Shown here in pieces: positions 45,705 through 55,518 of a DNA stretch of 64,000 nt. Where the stretch lies: NCBI GenBank assembly GCA_016788665.1, contig JAEUSF010000002.1:6006-70005 (forward strand), written 5' to 3'. The notes below the pieces were generated by a model. The model was given only the letters and a program-made list of their open reading frames with translations, searched no databases and was not told where the DNA came from. A program made the translations under genes and the position numbers. This DNA is from Candidatus Doudnabacteria bacterium. Its GTDB lineage: Bacteria > Patescibacteriota > Doudnabacteria > UBA920. Position 1 is the first letter of the stretch; each line of letters opens with the position of its first letter.

Positions 45705-48011
45705 ATGTCCAAACCTCTAATAATAGTAGAATCCCCAACCAAAGCTAAAACCATTAGCCGTTTTTTAAGCGGGCAGTACCAGGTAGAAGCCAGTATGGGC
45801 CATGTGCGAGATTTACCCAAAAGCAAAATTTCAATCGACGTAAAAAATAATTTTGAACCGACATACGTTATTCCCCCTAAAGCCAAAGAAATAGTGGCAA
45901 AGCTCAGGAAAGATGCAAAAAATGCCCCCTCTATAATATTGGCAACTGATGAAGACCGCGAAGGCGAAGCTATTTCATGGCACCTTGTTCAAGCTTTGGA
46001 CTTGGGCGATGAGGCCGAGATTGCAAAGGGCAAGGAAGACAGACGCATAAAGCGTATAGTTTTTCACGAAATAACCAAACCTGCTATAGAAGCAGCTTTA
46101 AAAAACCCACGCGACTTAGATTTAAATTTGGTAGACGCTCAGCAAGCCAGGCGAGTACTGGACAGATTGGTAGGCTACGAACTCTCCCCTTTTCTTTGGC
46201 GTAAAATTCGCTACGGCCTTAGCGCCGGGCGTGTTCAGTCTGTTGCAGTTCGGTTAGTTGTAGAACGAGAACGTGAGATTCAAAATTTCAAAACAGAAGA
46301 ATACTGGAGCATAGAAGCTAAGTTGTCTAAAAAAGAAAATGATGCGAAAATCTTTACTGCAAAACTGCATGCAATTGGCGAAAAAACTGTTGGAAAAATG
46401 GACCTCAAGAACGAGCTTGAGGCAAAAAAAATTACTGCCGACTTAGAGGGCGCCACTTACACAGTAAAAGACATTCAACAAAAAGAGGTAAAACGTAATC
46501 CAGCTGCTCCATTTACAACCTCCACACTTCAGCAAGAAGCTGCTAGAAAACTAGGCTTCAGTGCCAAACAAACCATGATGGTTGCTCAAAGGCTATATGA
46601 GGGTGTTGAACTAGGCGAAGAAGGTCACCAGGGTCTTATTACTTACATGCGTACAGACAGTTTAAATTTAGCCGCTTCAGCTATGGAAGCTATTAAGTCG
46701 CTGGTAACGGAAGAATTTGGAAAAGAGTACGCTTTAAGCGAACCCCGCCACTTTACCAACAAAAGCAAAGGCGCACAGGAAGCCCATGAAGCCATTCGTC
46801 CTACAGACGTCATGCGAAAGCCTGAGGACGTAAAAAAGTATTTGGATAGCAGCCAATTTAGGGTATATAGCCTTATATGGAAACGCACTGTTGCCTGCCA
46901 AATGGCTCCAGCTGTTTTAGAACAAACCGCAGTAGATATTCTGGCTACCAGCCACAATCTACCAGCTACAAGCTATGTCTTCCGTGCTAACGGACAGACA
47001 ATAAAGTTTGACGGGTTTATAAGAGCTTACACAGAAGGCCAAGACGAAAAAGCGGAAGACGAAATTGAAGGCGTATTACCCGAACTTTCTTTGGAAGAAA
47101 TATTAAAGCTACACGAACTCTCCCCTCTCCAGCATTTCACCGAACCACCCGCCCGATATAGCGACGCTACGCTAATAAAAGCTCTAGAGGCACACGGCGT
47201 AGGACGCCCTTCGACTTATGCACCCACCCTTTCTACCATCCAAGAACGTGGCTATGTTACCAAAGAAGAAAAAAAATATAAGCCCACTGAAGAAGGTTTT
47301 TTGGTCAACGACATGCTAGTAGAAAACTTTCCTGAAATCGTAGACATTAACTTCACTTCTCATATAGAAGAAGGTTTTGACGACATCGCCGAAGGCAAAA
47401 TAAAGTGGGTAGAGCTAATGAAAGAATTCTATGAGCCTTTCAAGCAACATTTAAAAGAAAAAGAAGCATCGGTACAAAAGGAAATTATAATTTCCGAAAC
47501 TCCGTGCCCGCACTGCGGAAAAATGATGCATATAAAATTCGGCCGTATGGGAAAATTCTTAGCTTGCCCGGAAGAAGGCAGTAAAGTAACCTTGCCAATG
47601 CCGGAAGAGGCCGCACAAATAAAAGCACTCGAAGAAAAAACAAAAGGCGAAAGATGCCCAATTTGCGCAGGGCCCATGGACGTAAAGCGAGGCAGATTCG
47701 GTTTTTTCCTTGGCTGCGCAAACTATCCGAAATGTAAAGGCATAAGCAAAATTTGGGACAAAACTGGCTTTAAATGCCCTAATTGCAAAACCGGTGACAT
47801 TGTTGCAAGAAAATCACGCGGGCGCGGAAAACCTTTTTGGGCTTGTAACCGCTTCCCCGACTGCAACTTTATAATGAACAAGGCCCCTGAATCCGAATCG
47901 GATCTTGAGGCAGCCTTAAAACACTGGAAGGAAAACCCACCCAAACCAAGAAAACAATATAAAAAATCCCAGGAAGCGGGATCCGGCTCCTCGGGAAAAA
48001 AAACAGAATAG
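45705..48011 (+). CDS. topA: DNA topoisomerase I with C-terminal zinc-ribbon repeats
   Basis: TOPRIM IIVESPTKAK...; multiple CxxC...CxxC ribbons at the C-terminus. Confidence 0.9.
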   Translation: MSKPLIIVESPTKAKTISRFLSGQYQVEASMGHVRDLPKSKISIDVKNNFEPTYVIPPKAKEIVAKLRKDAKNAPSIILATDEDREGEAISWHLVQALDLGDEAEIAKGKEDRRIKRIVFHEITKPAIEAALKNPRDLDLNLVDAQQARRVLDRLVGYELSPFLWRKIRYGLSAGRVQSVAVRLVVEREREIQNFKTEEYWSIEAKLSKKENDAKIFTAKLHAIGEKTVGKMDLKNELEAKKITADLEGATYTVKDIQQKEVKRNPAAPFTTSTLQQEAARKLGFSAKQTMMVAQRLYEGVELGEEGHQGLITYMRTDSLNLAASAMEAIKSLVTEEFGKEYALSEPRHFTNKSKGAQEAHEAIRPTDVMRKPEDVKKYLDSSQFRVYSLIWKRTVACQMAPAVLEQTAVDILATSHNLPATSYVFRANGQTIKFDGFIRAYTEGQDEKAEDEIEGVLPELSLEEILKLHELSPLQHFTEPPARYSDATLIKALEAHGVGRPSTYAPTLSTIQERGYVTKEEKKYKPTEEGFLVNDMLVENFPEIVDINFTSHIEEGFDDIAEGKIKWVELMKEFYEPFKQHLKEKEASVQKEIIISETPCPHCGKMMHIKFGRMGKFLACPEEGSKVTLPMPEEAAQIKALEEKTKGERCPICAGPMDVKRGRFGFFLGCANYPKCKGISKIWDKTGFKCPNCKTGDIVARKSRGRGKPFWACNRFPDCNFIMNKAPESESDLEAALKHWKENPPKPRKQYKKSQEAGSGSSGKKTE

Positions 48012-48040
48012 TATAATAATAGATCACCTTTTAAAGATGT

Positions 48041-48078
48041 TAAAGATGGGAGTCTTCTGGAAGACTCCCATCTTTTTT
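48041..48078 (+). terminator. Rho-independent terminator after topA
   Basis: AAAGATGGGAGTCTTC tgg AAGACTCCCATCTTT followed by TTTTTTT. Confidence 0.7.
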
Positions 48079-48083
48079 TAAAC

Positions 48084-48123
48084 CCGAAAAAAAAGATCAT
48101 CTTTGCGCGATGCAAAGGTGATC
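48084..48123 (-). terminator. Rho-independent terminator (minus strand)
   Basis: AGATCATCTTTGC gcgat GCAAAGGTGATCT with T8 on the minus strand. Confidence 0.55.
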
Positions 48124-48168
48124 TTTGTTACATTAAAAGGCAATAAAACCCAAGCTTTTATAAAACAG

Positions 48169-48366
48169 CTAATTCTTTATGGAGTAAGAAGATCCTAATG
48201 GAGCCAAGGCATCTATTTCAACCTGAGTTTTATATTGTTCTATATAAATTAATACAAAAGCAGCAATCGCCAAAGCCACAACCAAAAACAAAGTCCAGTG
48301 CAAATGCTTCCGAGGATGAGTGTCTATATACTGGGGAAATGGTTTTTTATTTGTTTGTTGAACCAT
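48169..48366 (-). CDS. Small single-TM protein, hypothetical
   Basis: 65-aa ORF with a hydrophobic helix, upstream of the minus-strand terminator. Confidence 0.3.
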   Translation of the reverse strand: MVQQTNKKPFPQYIDTHPRKHLHWTLFLVVALAIAAFVLIYIEQYKTQVEIDALAPLGSSYSIKN

Positions 48367-48439
48367 TGGTTTTTAGACAATTAATTATTACTAAATATAT
48401 TATATCAAAAATTATACATTTACCAAACGGTTAAAGCAG

Positions 48440-49678
48440 CTAGTCATTGCGACCAAATATTTTAACTTGAAAAGCTACATAATAGGCTGCCCTCACCCAT
48501 CCGTAAAAGTTGCTTAAATACCTCATGTGAGCAAGCGCTCTTATAAAATAAGCAAGCTGACCTTTAATATAAAAACCATTATAGTCCATAATCGCCCACC
48601 TGCCTCCCAAAGTAACAATAAACCCATGAGATTTTGGCTCAAAAACTTTGGGTTGCTTATTTTCCATAATTGAAGGCAAGGCCTCTGCTAAATATTCGGC
48701 TTGCTCAATGGCATCTTGAGCACTTTGAGGCACTGGCCTTCCGTCCTTTTGCAATACCCCGGCCAAGTCACCAACCGAAAAAACATTTGAATAATTCCGT
48801 AGCTGTAAAAACTGGTTTACTTTAAAGCGCCCTTTGCTGTCCAATTCCACGGGCAATGTAACGCTTAGGCTCCTTGCCCTAACACCCACAGTCCAGATTA
48901 AACAATCATATGCTATTTTTTCTCCTGACATAAGCTCTACAAACTGCTGGCTTACGCTGGCTATTCTTCCGGAAAACATAACCCTCACACCTATTTCCTG
49001 AAGCCTCATAAAGGCATCGCGGCTCAAATTCTTTGAAAACCCTGGTATTAGAGCACCGGCGGCCTCAACTACCAAAATTTCAACTTTTTCCGGCGGATAA
49101 TTATATTTCCAGCACAAAATATTTTTCAATTTGTTCAACTCACCCGCGACCTCACAGCCGGTATAACCTCCACCTGCAACCACAAACCTTAAATTCTTTT
49201 TCGTCATGTCCTGCGTATGAGCCTGGAAAGCAAACTCTATTCTGTTTCTTAACCTAAGAGCGTCTTCAAAAGTTTTTAGAGGTACGCCAAAGTCCAAAGC
49301 CCCCTGAACTCCAAGATCATCTGCCACCGAACCAGCCGCCAAAACTAAATAATCATAAGCCAAGTTTTTACCAGCCAACTGTAAATTGCAACTTCGCAAG
49401 TCAGCGCTTTTTACCTCTGCCTGAACAAAGCTTACGCCTATTTTATCCAAAATTTCTTTCACTGGAAGGGTTATGCTTTTTTGCAACTGTTTAGTGGTGA
49501 CAAACTCTTCTTCTGAAGTCGCCGCTTCATACAAGTCAAAAGTTAAAAGCTGATAGTCCCGCTTATCTACTACAGTAATTGCAATATCTTTACGATTTTT
49601 AAATTTTTGTTTCAGTTTCACCGCCGACAAAAGCCCTCCGTAGCCAGCACCCACAATGACGATATGTTTATTTGACAT
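48440..49678 (-). CDS. FAD-dependent NAD(P)H dehydrogenase/oxidoreductase (NDH-2 family)
   Basis: N-terminal IVIVGAGYGG FAD Rossmann motif and a second GGGYTG NAD Rossmann motif. Confidence 0.7.
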   Translation of the reverse strand: MSNKHIVIVGAGYGGLLSAVKLKQKFKNRKDIAITVVDKRDYQLLTFDLYEAATSEEEFVTTKQLQKSITLPVKEILDKIGVSFVQAEVKSADLRSCNLQLAGKNLAYDYLVLAAGSVADDLGVQGALDFGVPLKTFEDALRLRNRIEFAFQAHTQDMTKKNLRFVVAGGGYTGCEVAGELNKLKNILCWKYNYPPEKVEILVVEAAGALIPGFSKNLSRDAFMRLQEIGVRVMFSGRIASVSQQFVELMSGEKIAYDCLIWTVGVRARSLSVTLPVELDSKGRFKVNQFLQLRNYSNVFSVGDLAGVLQKDGRPVPQSAQDAIEQAEYLAEALPSIMENKQPKVFEPKSHGFIVTLGGRWAIMDYNGFYIKGQLAYFIRALAHMRYLSNFYGWVRAAYYVAFQVKIFGRND

Positions 49679-49802
49679 GTTTGTCTTCTAAAAAATTCCT
49701 ATATCTCATATTATAGCACGTTAAAAGGCTACCAAATTACGAAAATTATCGAACTACAATATTTTAATTTTTGTATATTCGCGCACTTCGTAATTTTGTA
49801 GC

Positions 49803-51062
49803 CTATTCATACCTCATAGCTTCAACAGGATCTAATTTAGAGGCTGCTCTAGCCGGCAAAACTCCAAAAATCATACCTATGCTTGCCGACACCCCAAACC
49901 CAATTGCAATTGAGTACAAAGGCACGGAAAAAGTCCATGCCAAATTTGCTGACTTAGCTATTAAAGAAACAATCCACCCAAGGAAAGCACCCGCCAAAAT
50001 TCCCATTATCCCTCCCAAAACTGTTACTAAAACCGACTCTATTAGAAACTCATTTAAAATATCGTTTTCTTTTGCACCAAGCGCCTTTTTGAGCCCTATC
50101 TCAGACGTTCTTTCAGTTACTACAACATACATAATGTTCATAATACCCACACCGCCCACAATGAGGGCAATTGCAGCTATGGCTATTAGCAAGATTGTTA
50201 TACCATTAAATATTGTATTAAAAGTATTTAAAGCATCTGCCTGAGTCTGAACAAAAAAATCATCTTTGTCGGGATTATCTGCGTCTATGTTGTGGTTATG
50301 CCTCATAACCAACCGAATATCTTCCGCTGTCGCTGCTGCCAAATCCTGATCCTTAACTTCGACTATAGCAAAAAGCAGATAATCTATACCCAAAAGTTTT
50401 TTCTGGGCTGTATTTATAGGCATGTAAATTACACTGTCTTCATTTCCGCCCAGCCCTCCCCTTGGTTCATAAACGCCAATCACCTGAAAATTCAATTCAC
50501 CTATTCTGACCAGCTTGTCTAGAGGGTTTTCGTCCCTAAACAAATCTTCCGCTAACTGGCTGCCCAAAATAATTACCTGCGCCCCGCCCGTATCTTCCGC
50601 CATGCTGTAAAAACGGCCCTTGGAAAGCTTGCCTTTATCTATGTCAAAACGAGAAGATGAAGCACCGTACACAATGACATTTTTGGCCGTATTTTGGTAA
50701 GAAGTAACCTTTTGCCCCACCACCATACCGTACGCATTTTTTACGTTTGGCAACCTTTTTATATCTTCGACATCGCGGTTTTTAAAGCTGGTTATAGCGA
50801 CCGGTGAACGGGCACGACTCTGGTCGTTACTCGCGGCACCCGCTCCTCTATTTTTTGTTGTTGGCGGTACACGAGTCTCTACAAAAAGGGTATTTGTGCC
50901 AAAAGCTTCCAACTGGGAATTAATTAAACTTCTAAAACCTTCCCCTGCTGACAACACTAAAATAACCGTTGCAATACCAATTACAATACCCAAAGTGGTA
51001 AGCATGGTCCTAACCGGATTTGAACGCAGAGCTTTTATAGATTGTATGAAAGCAGTAAACAT
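49803..51062 (-). CDS. ABC transporter permease, MacB/FtsX family
   Basis: N-terminal TM, large periplasmic domain, C-terminal FtsX 3-TM bundle. Confidence 0.8.
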   Translation of the reverse strand: MFTAFIQSIKALRSNPVRTMLTTLGIVIGIATVILVLSAGEGFRSLINSQLEAFGTNTLFVETRVPPTTKNRGAGAASNDQSRARSPVAITSFKNRDVEDIKRLPNVKNAYGMVVGQKVTSYQNTAKNVIVYGASSSRFDIDKGKLSKGRFYSMAEDTGGAQVIILGSQLAEDLFRDENPLDKLVRIGELNFQVIGVYEPRGGLGGNEDSVIYMPINTAQKKLLGIDYLLFAIVEVKDQDLAAATAEDIRLVMRHNHNIDADNPDKDDFFVQTQADALNTFNTIFNGITILLIAIAAIALIVGGVGIMNIMYVVVTERTSEIGLKKALGAKENDILNEFLIESVLVTVLGGIMGILAGAFLGWIVSLIAKSANLAWTFSVPLYSIAIGFGVSASIGMIFGVLPARAASKLDPVEAMRYE

Positions 51063-51160
51063 AAAATTTCAAATACCAAATTACAAATTTCAAATAAATA
51101 TTAAACTCTCTAATTTCCAATTTCTAAGTAATGCATTATATTTGAAATTTGAAATTATTA
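51063..51160. repeat. Heptad-period degenerate tandem repeats (AAATTTC AAATACC AAATTAC AAATTTC ...)
   Basis: About 14 consecutive heptads between the two permease genes. Confidence 0.65.
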
Positions 51161-52420
51161 TTCGTATCTCAACGCTTCTATAGGGTTCAGTTTTGAAGCT
51201 TTGTATGCGGGATACAATCCAAAAATAACTCCAGTTAATATAGAGACTCCGACAGCGAGTAAAATCGAATTAATAGATATATAGAAAGACCAGTCGTAAC
51301 CCAACGCTCCCATAAGCAGCGAAATTAAATAAGCCACCACCGCCCCAACAACTATACCAATTACGCCTCCCAAAAAGGTCAACGACCCGGCTTCAAGCAA
51401 AAACTGGTTTCTTATGGCTCCATTGCCAGCCCCAACAGCCTTTCTGAGCCCTATCTCCCGGGTTCTTTCCGCAACTGTAACCATCATGATATTCAAAATT
51501 CCTATTCCGCCTACCACCAAAGCCACCGCAGCCATGGAAGTTAAAAATATTTTCAACGCATTGGTTATAGTGGTAAGAATATTGGCCGCATCGGCAATGC
51601 TTCGAACGGTAAAGTCGGCGTCTACATCTTTTTTAATTCTGTGTCTCTCCATTAACACAACTTTTATGTCGTCGCGCGTACCACTTACGTTCTCCGCCTT
51701 ATCAACTTTTACATTTATTGCCTGTAAATGCCGTATACCCAAAAGCTGCTTTTGCCCAATGTCTAAAGGCATGAATATTTGGTCGTCCATATTTTGGAAA
51801 AAAGCACTCCCTCTTTCTGCCACCACTCCAATTACCCTAAGAGGAATTCCTATACTATCCCCCACCCTTACCTTTATAACTTGTCCTATTGGGTCTGCGC
51901 CACTTTGACCAAATAATTCTTCGGCAACATATGAGCCGAGGACAACCACGTTGTCATTACCCTCACCCTCCCTTTGGTCAAAAAACCTGCCCGCCTCAAA
52001 CTCTATTGTCGTAACCTGCGGATATGTATGTTCTGTACCGGTAAAATAAGTGTCGAGCTCCTGATTCTGCCAAGAGACAGAAACGCTTCCCTGCACAGCT
52101 GCTGTAACAGCAGCTGCGTTAGGAACGCGCGAACTATCGCGTATAGCATCAGCATCTTCTTTAGTTAAGGTAGTTACTACAATACCAAACACTTGTGAAG
52201 GAGGCCCCTGCTCGTCACTCTTTCCCGGCTGTACTGACAACAAATTGGAGCCCAATTTAGTAACTTGTCCAACGACTAAAACCTGTGCTCCGGCACCCAA
52301 TGCCATTATTACAATAACACCAGCCACGCCAATAACAATACCCAGTATGGTTAAAAACGACCTACCTTTGCGAGCCAAAAGAGTACGGAACACTAATTTT
52401 ATTGTGGCTAAAAAATTCAT
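51158..52420 (-). CDS. ABC transporter permease, MacB/FtsX family (paralog)
   Basis: Same architecture as 49803-51062. Confidence 0.8.
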   Translation of the reverse strand: MNFLATIKLVFRTLLARKGRSFLTILGIVIGVAGVIVIMALGAGAQVLVVGQVTKLGSNLLSVQPGKSDEQGPPSQVFGIVVTTLTKEDADAIRDSSRVPNAAAVTAAVQGSVSVSWQNQELDTYFTGTEHTYPQVTTIEFEAGRFFDQREGEGNDNVVVLGSYVAEELFGQSGADPIGQVIKVRVGDSIGIPLRVIGVVAERGSAFFQNMDDQIFMPLDIGQKQLLGIRHLQAINVKVDKAENVSGTRDDIKVVLMERHRIKKDVDADFTVRSIADAANILTTITNALKIFLTSMAAVALVVGGIGILNIMMVTVAERTREIGLRKAVGAGNGAIRNQFLLEAGSLTFLGGVIGIVVGAVVAYLISLLMGALGYDWSFYISINSILLAVGVSILTGVIFGLYPAYKASKLNPIEALRYE

Positions 52421-52479
52421 TTAGTCTAAAGTGAGTGCTAAGAAATCAGTATTAAGATTAGCAAATTTATTTCATAATT

Positions 52480-53196
52480 CTATTTAACCAGCTCTCTATC
52501 ATCACTGGCTATTGTTCTATTTTTTACCTTTTCGTCGCTTACCAAAAGCCCATCTTTCAAACGTATAATTCTTTTTGCGTGATTGGCCGTGTCCATTTCA
52601 TGAGTAACCAAAATTATAGTTCTGCCTTCATTATTAAGTCTTTGCAAAATACCCATAACAGCATTACCGCTCTTACTATCTAAGTTACCGGTTGGTTCGT
52701 CCGCAAAAATTACTGCCGGATCACAAACTAAAGCCCGAGCTATGGCAACACGCTGTTTTTCACCACCGGAAATTTGATTGGTATAAAATTCTAATCTATG
52801 TCCCAGCCCCACTGCTTCCAAAGCAGCTTTAGCCAACTTGTCATGATCTTTCTTCTTACTATATATAAGTGGAAGCTTTACGTTGTCTAAAACTGTAGTT
52901 CGAGCAAGCAAATTAAAAGCTTGAAACACAAAACCTATGCGTTCATTTCTAAGCTCGGCCAAATACTCATCTTCAAAACTTTTTGTGTCTTGCCCCTCAA
53001 AAAAGTACTCACCTCCGGTTAGCCTGTCTAAAAAACTTAAAATATGCATTAAGGTGGATTTACCGCTACCGGAAGGGCCCATAATTGCCACAAACTCTCC
53101 TTTTTCAACATTAAAAGTCATGCCGTGCAAAACCTGCGTAACGACGTCTTCGTTTATATAGTCTTTCTTTAAATCTTTGATTTGAATTAAACTCAT
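52480..53196 (-). CDS. ABC transporter ATP-binding protein (MacB/LolD-like)
   Basis: Walker [13 protein letters not shown] signature LSGGEKQR, Walker B IIFADEPT. Confidence 0.9.
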   Translation of the reverse strand: MSLIQIKDLKKDYINEDVVTQVLHGMTFNVEKGEFVAIMGPSGSGKSTLMHILSFLDRLTGGEYFFEGQDTKSFEDEYLAELRNERIGFVFQAFNLLARTTVLDNVKLPLIYSKKKDHDKLAKAALEAVGLGHRLEFYTNQISGGEKQRVAIARALVCDPAVIFADEPTGNLDSKSGNAVMGILQRLNNEGRTIILVTHEMDTANHAKRIIRLKDGLLVSDEKVKNRTIASDDRELVK

Positions 53197-53262
53197 TAAG
53201 TTAAAATATAATATGTAAATATACCCGTATTATAGCTTAAAATCACTAATTTGCCCAAAAAA

Positions 53263-53290
53263 ACCGGAGTAAATATACTCCGGTCGCTAA
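53263..53290 (-). terminator. Rho-independent terminator (CCGGAGTA tatt TACTCCGG plus T7)
   Basis: 8-bp perfect palindrome with a T-run on the minus strand. Confidence 0.7.
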
Positions 53291-53320
53291 AGTAGTACTA
53301 CGTGCCCGCTTTAGCTCGGG

Positions 53321-53362
53321 CTAAATCCACGGCAAGCTATCCATATCCCAAGCAACGTTCAT
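53321..53362 (-). CDS. 13-codon mini-ORF MNVAWDMDSLPWI with a strong SD (AAGGAGGT, 6-nt spacer)
   Basis: Direct reading; below the ORF-track cutoff; followed by hairpin GCCCGAGCTAAAGCGGGC and the terminator. Confidence 0.3.
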   Translation of the reverse strand: MNVAWDMDSLPWI

Positions 53363-53401
53363 GGGAAACCTCCTTTCTTATCACTCTTCGGCCAATAACC
53401 A

Positions 53402-53578
53402 TTACGATACCGAGTCCGATTTCCCATCCAACTGCTGAATAGGACCGATAATTTTTGACTTCGCAGCAAAATACTGCATAGTTGCTTGCTGGATAGTAAA
53501 GCCACACTTTCGGCAAATTAGCCTGTCACCAGACTCTTGCAGTTGCACGTCCTGACAATTGACGCACACACCTTCCAT
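53402..53578 (-). CDS. Small zinc-ribbon protein, 58 aa (CxxC-x13-CxxC); unannotated
   Basis: AGGGGG SD 6 nt upstream of ATG; MEGVCVNCQDVQLQESGDRLICRKCGF...; coordinates may be off by 1. Confidence 0.45.
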   Translation of the reverse strand: MEGVCVNCQDVQLQESGDRLICRKCGFTIQQATMQYFAAKSKIIGPIQQLDGKSDSVS

Positions 53579-53611
53579 TTGTCACCCCCTGCCAAGATTT
53601 ATCACAAACAA

Positions 53612-53642
53612 AAACTCCCGGGGCTTGAGCCCTGGGAGTTTA
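53612..53642 (-). terminator. Rho-independent terminator (ACTCCCGGGGCTTGAGCCCTGGGAGT), sequence-related to the one at 20428
   Basis: Stem followed on the minus strand by TTTTTGTTTGTG. Confidence 0.6.
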
Positions 53643-53775
53643 AAGTCAAGCCGTTTGCTTAACTCAAAATTTCCAGCCTCAAGCGCCTGGGGGTAAAATA
53701 AAACCAAAAATTTTGAGTCAAATTATTCATTTCCGTAATTATAGCAATTATATTCACTCTGTCAAACTCGCTATC

Positions 53776-55011
53776 TTACATACCCTGCTCTTCCTTGGGC
53801 ACAACCACAGAATAAATAGTCGGCATGGCCAAATTCATACTTTCCTTTAAAGTCATTTTTTCAGCCCTCAAAGAAAATTCCTGGTACAAATCTTTACCTT
53901 TTAAATATAAATCCATAGCAGAAACTAAGCCCTCAAACACCAAAGTGCTTTCACCAAAATTCTTTGTTGGAACAGGCTTCACTTTTAAAGCCAACTCTTT
54001 TTCACCCATTTCTTCGAGCATACTTATAAACTTGCTTTTAACATTACTTAACCAAGTTGTCTGAGTAAAACCACCCACACACGCAAAACCAGTCAATAAA
54101 AAGACTACAAAATACAAAGGACTAGAAGGATAAATTTTTCTTGCCTTAAGTAAACCAATTATATCTTCCGGCAAAACCTTTAAAGGCTCTCTACGACCTT
54201 TTGCATCTATACCCCAAAACATATATGTATGTTCTTCATGTAAATATTTTTTCCACAAAGACTGGCCCTTTTCCGAAAAAACTAACCTAGTCAAAATATG
54301 ATTAGGATTTTTAAAAACCTCCAACAAATAATCGGCTGCCACACTTTCAACGGGCAAAAAAATAGTTTTGGGAGCTGAGGGAAAAACTTTCTGCCAAAAT
54401 ACATTACTTGCCTTGCAGGCCTGGAGAGAAAAACTTAACAAGTCAGTATCTACTAAAAAAGCTTCGGCGAACCTTCTTCCCAATTCCCCATGCTTTTCTT
54501 TAAATTTTTTTATATCTTCCGCTTTTTTTGAAGGGGCGTAAAAAACCGGCTGGGTTTTTAGCCTGTCTGGGAAAAACGAAAAGCGCCTCTGCTCACTATT
54601 TTCGTGAAATATAACCGAACCAGACCAAGACGAAGTATTGTTTAGCGACACACTTTCGCAAGAAAACAACACCGCAAATTCATGGGTATTAAAGTGCAAA
54701 GTATAAATAACATCGGCGTTCAAAAAAATAGGATGCCCCCACAAACCCAAATGCCCGACAGTAGAAACCAAAGGGTTGGCCCGCAATTGCTCAATGCATT
54801 TTTTTGCAAGATCGGGCCCATACAAATTCTGTAGCCATTTTTCAACAATTTTCAAAAACACAGCATCGGGTTCAGCCTTTGAAAGCTCCCAGCCTTCCTG
54901 TATATATTTTTTTAAGGACCAGTCGCCAAAATTTTCTTCTATTTCTCTTAATACTGGTCTTTTATTGAACACCGCCTCCCTCATACGGTCTAGATTTCGA
55001 GAGTCTGTCAT
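53776..55011 (-). CDS. Hypothetical protein
   Basis: 411-aa ORF; no recognizable motifs. Confidence 0.5.
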   Translation of the reverse strand: MTDSRNLDRMREAVFNKRPVLREIEENFGDWSLKKYIQEGWELSKAEPDAVFLKIVEKWLQNLYGPDLAKKCIEQLRANPLVSTVGHLGLWGHPIFLNADVIYTLHFNTHEFAVLFSCESVSLNNTSSWSGSVIFHENSEQRRFSFFPDRLKTQPVFYAPSKKAEDIKKFKEKHGELGRRFAEAFLVDTDLLSFSLQACKASNVFWQKVFPSAPKTIFLPVESVAADYLLEVFKNPNHILTRLVFSEKGQSLWKKYLHEEHTYMFWGIDAKGRREPLKVLPEDIIGLLKARKIYPSSPLYFVVFLLTGFACVGGFTQTTWLSNVKSKFISMLEEMGEKELALKVKPVPTKNFGESTLVFEGLVSAMDLYLKGKDLYQEFSLRAEKMTLKESMNLAMPTIYSVVVPKEEQGM

Positions 55012-55481
55012 AAGGAATAATATTATAGAACAAAGACTTTGGGCTGTGTAGATATTAAGGCAAGTTTAATAATTTTGGCTATAAATAAGCACACAAAATA
55101 CAAAGCCATTTGCAAAGGGCCGTCCTATTTTAAGAGGACAGCCATTTGCTTAAGTCACGTTTTATCTGTCGGCTTCGATCAAGCCGCCAAGACAAAATTA
55201 ATATCCCAAACTGTGGAATTTTAATTTTGGTGGGTTCGGTGGGTATCCTTTTTCCCCCGAACTTTCCACCACTCGCAAGCTCGTGGTACCGGAAAGCTCT
55301 CCTCCAAAAGCCGGCAAAAATCATTGGTTAGTGGGGATCGGTCACCTCACGCTACTCTCCTCATCCCTTCGGGAATCGTCGAGTGACGCTGCGGCGACCC
55401 CCGCCACTATTGAAAGCTGCGCTCGCTCGCTTTCAATTCCCGCCTAAAGGCGGGACCATTCCTTTTCGATCCCCTACCACC

Positions 55482-55518
55482 AAAAGAAGTCATGCAATTG
55501 AATTGCATGACTTCTTTT
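55482..55518 (-). terminator. Perfect 18-bp-arm palindrome immediately 3' of tRNA-Lys (AAAAGAAGTCATGCAATT g AATTGCATGACTTCTTTT)
   Basis: Direct reading; followed by TTTTGG on the minus strand. Confidence 0.6.

Noticed and set aside
55250-55517. Possibility that the GC-rich block next to tRNA-Lys is RNase P RNA, tmRNA or SRP RNA
   Set aside because: None of the universally conserved motifs could be found on either strand. These are the P4 GGAAAGTCCGG / AGGGTGAAA of RNase P, the tmRNA 5' GGGG...tRNA-like 3' end with a proper T-arm, and the SRP domain IV GGAAGCAG. The block remains an unclassified structured segment.
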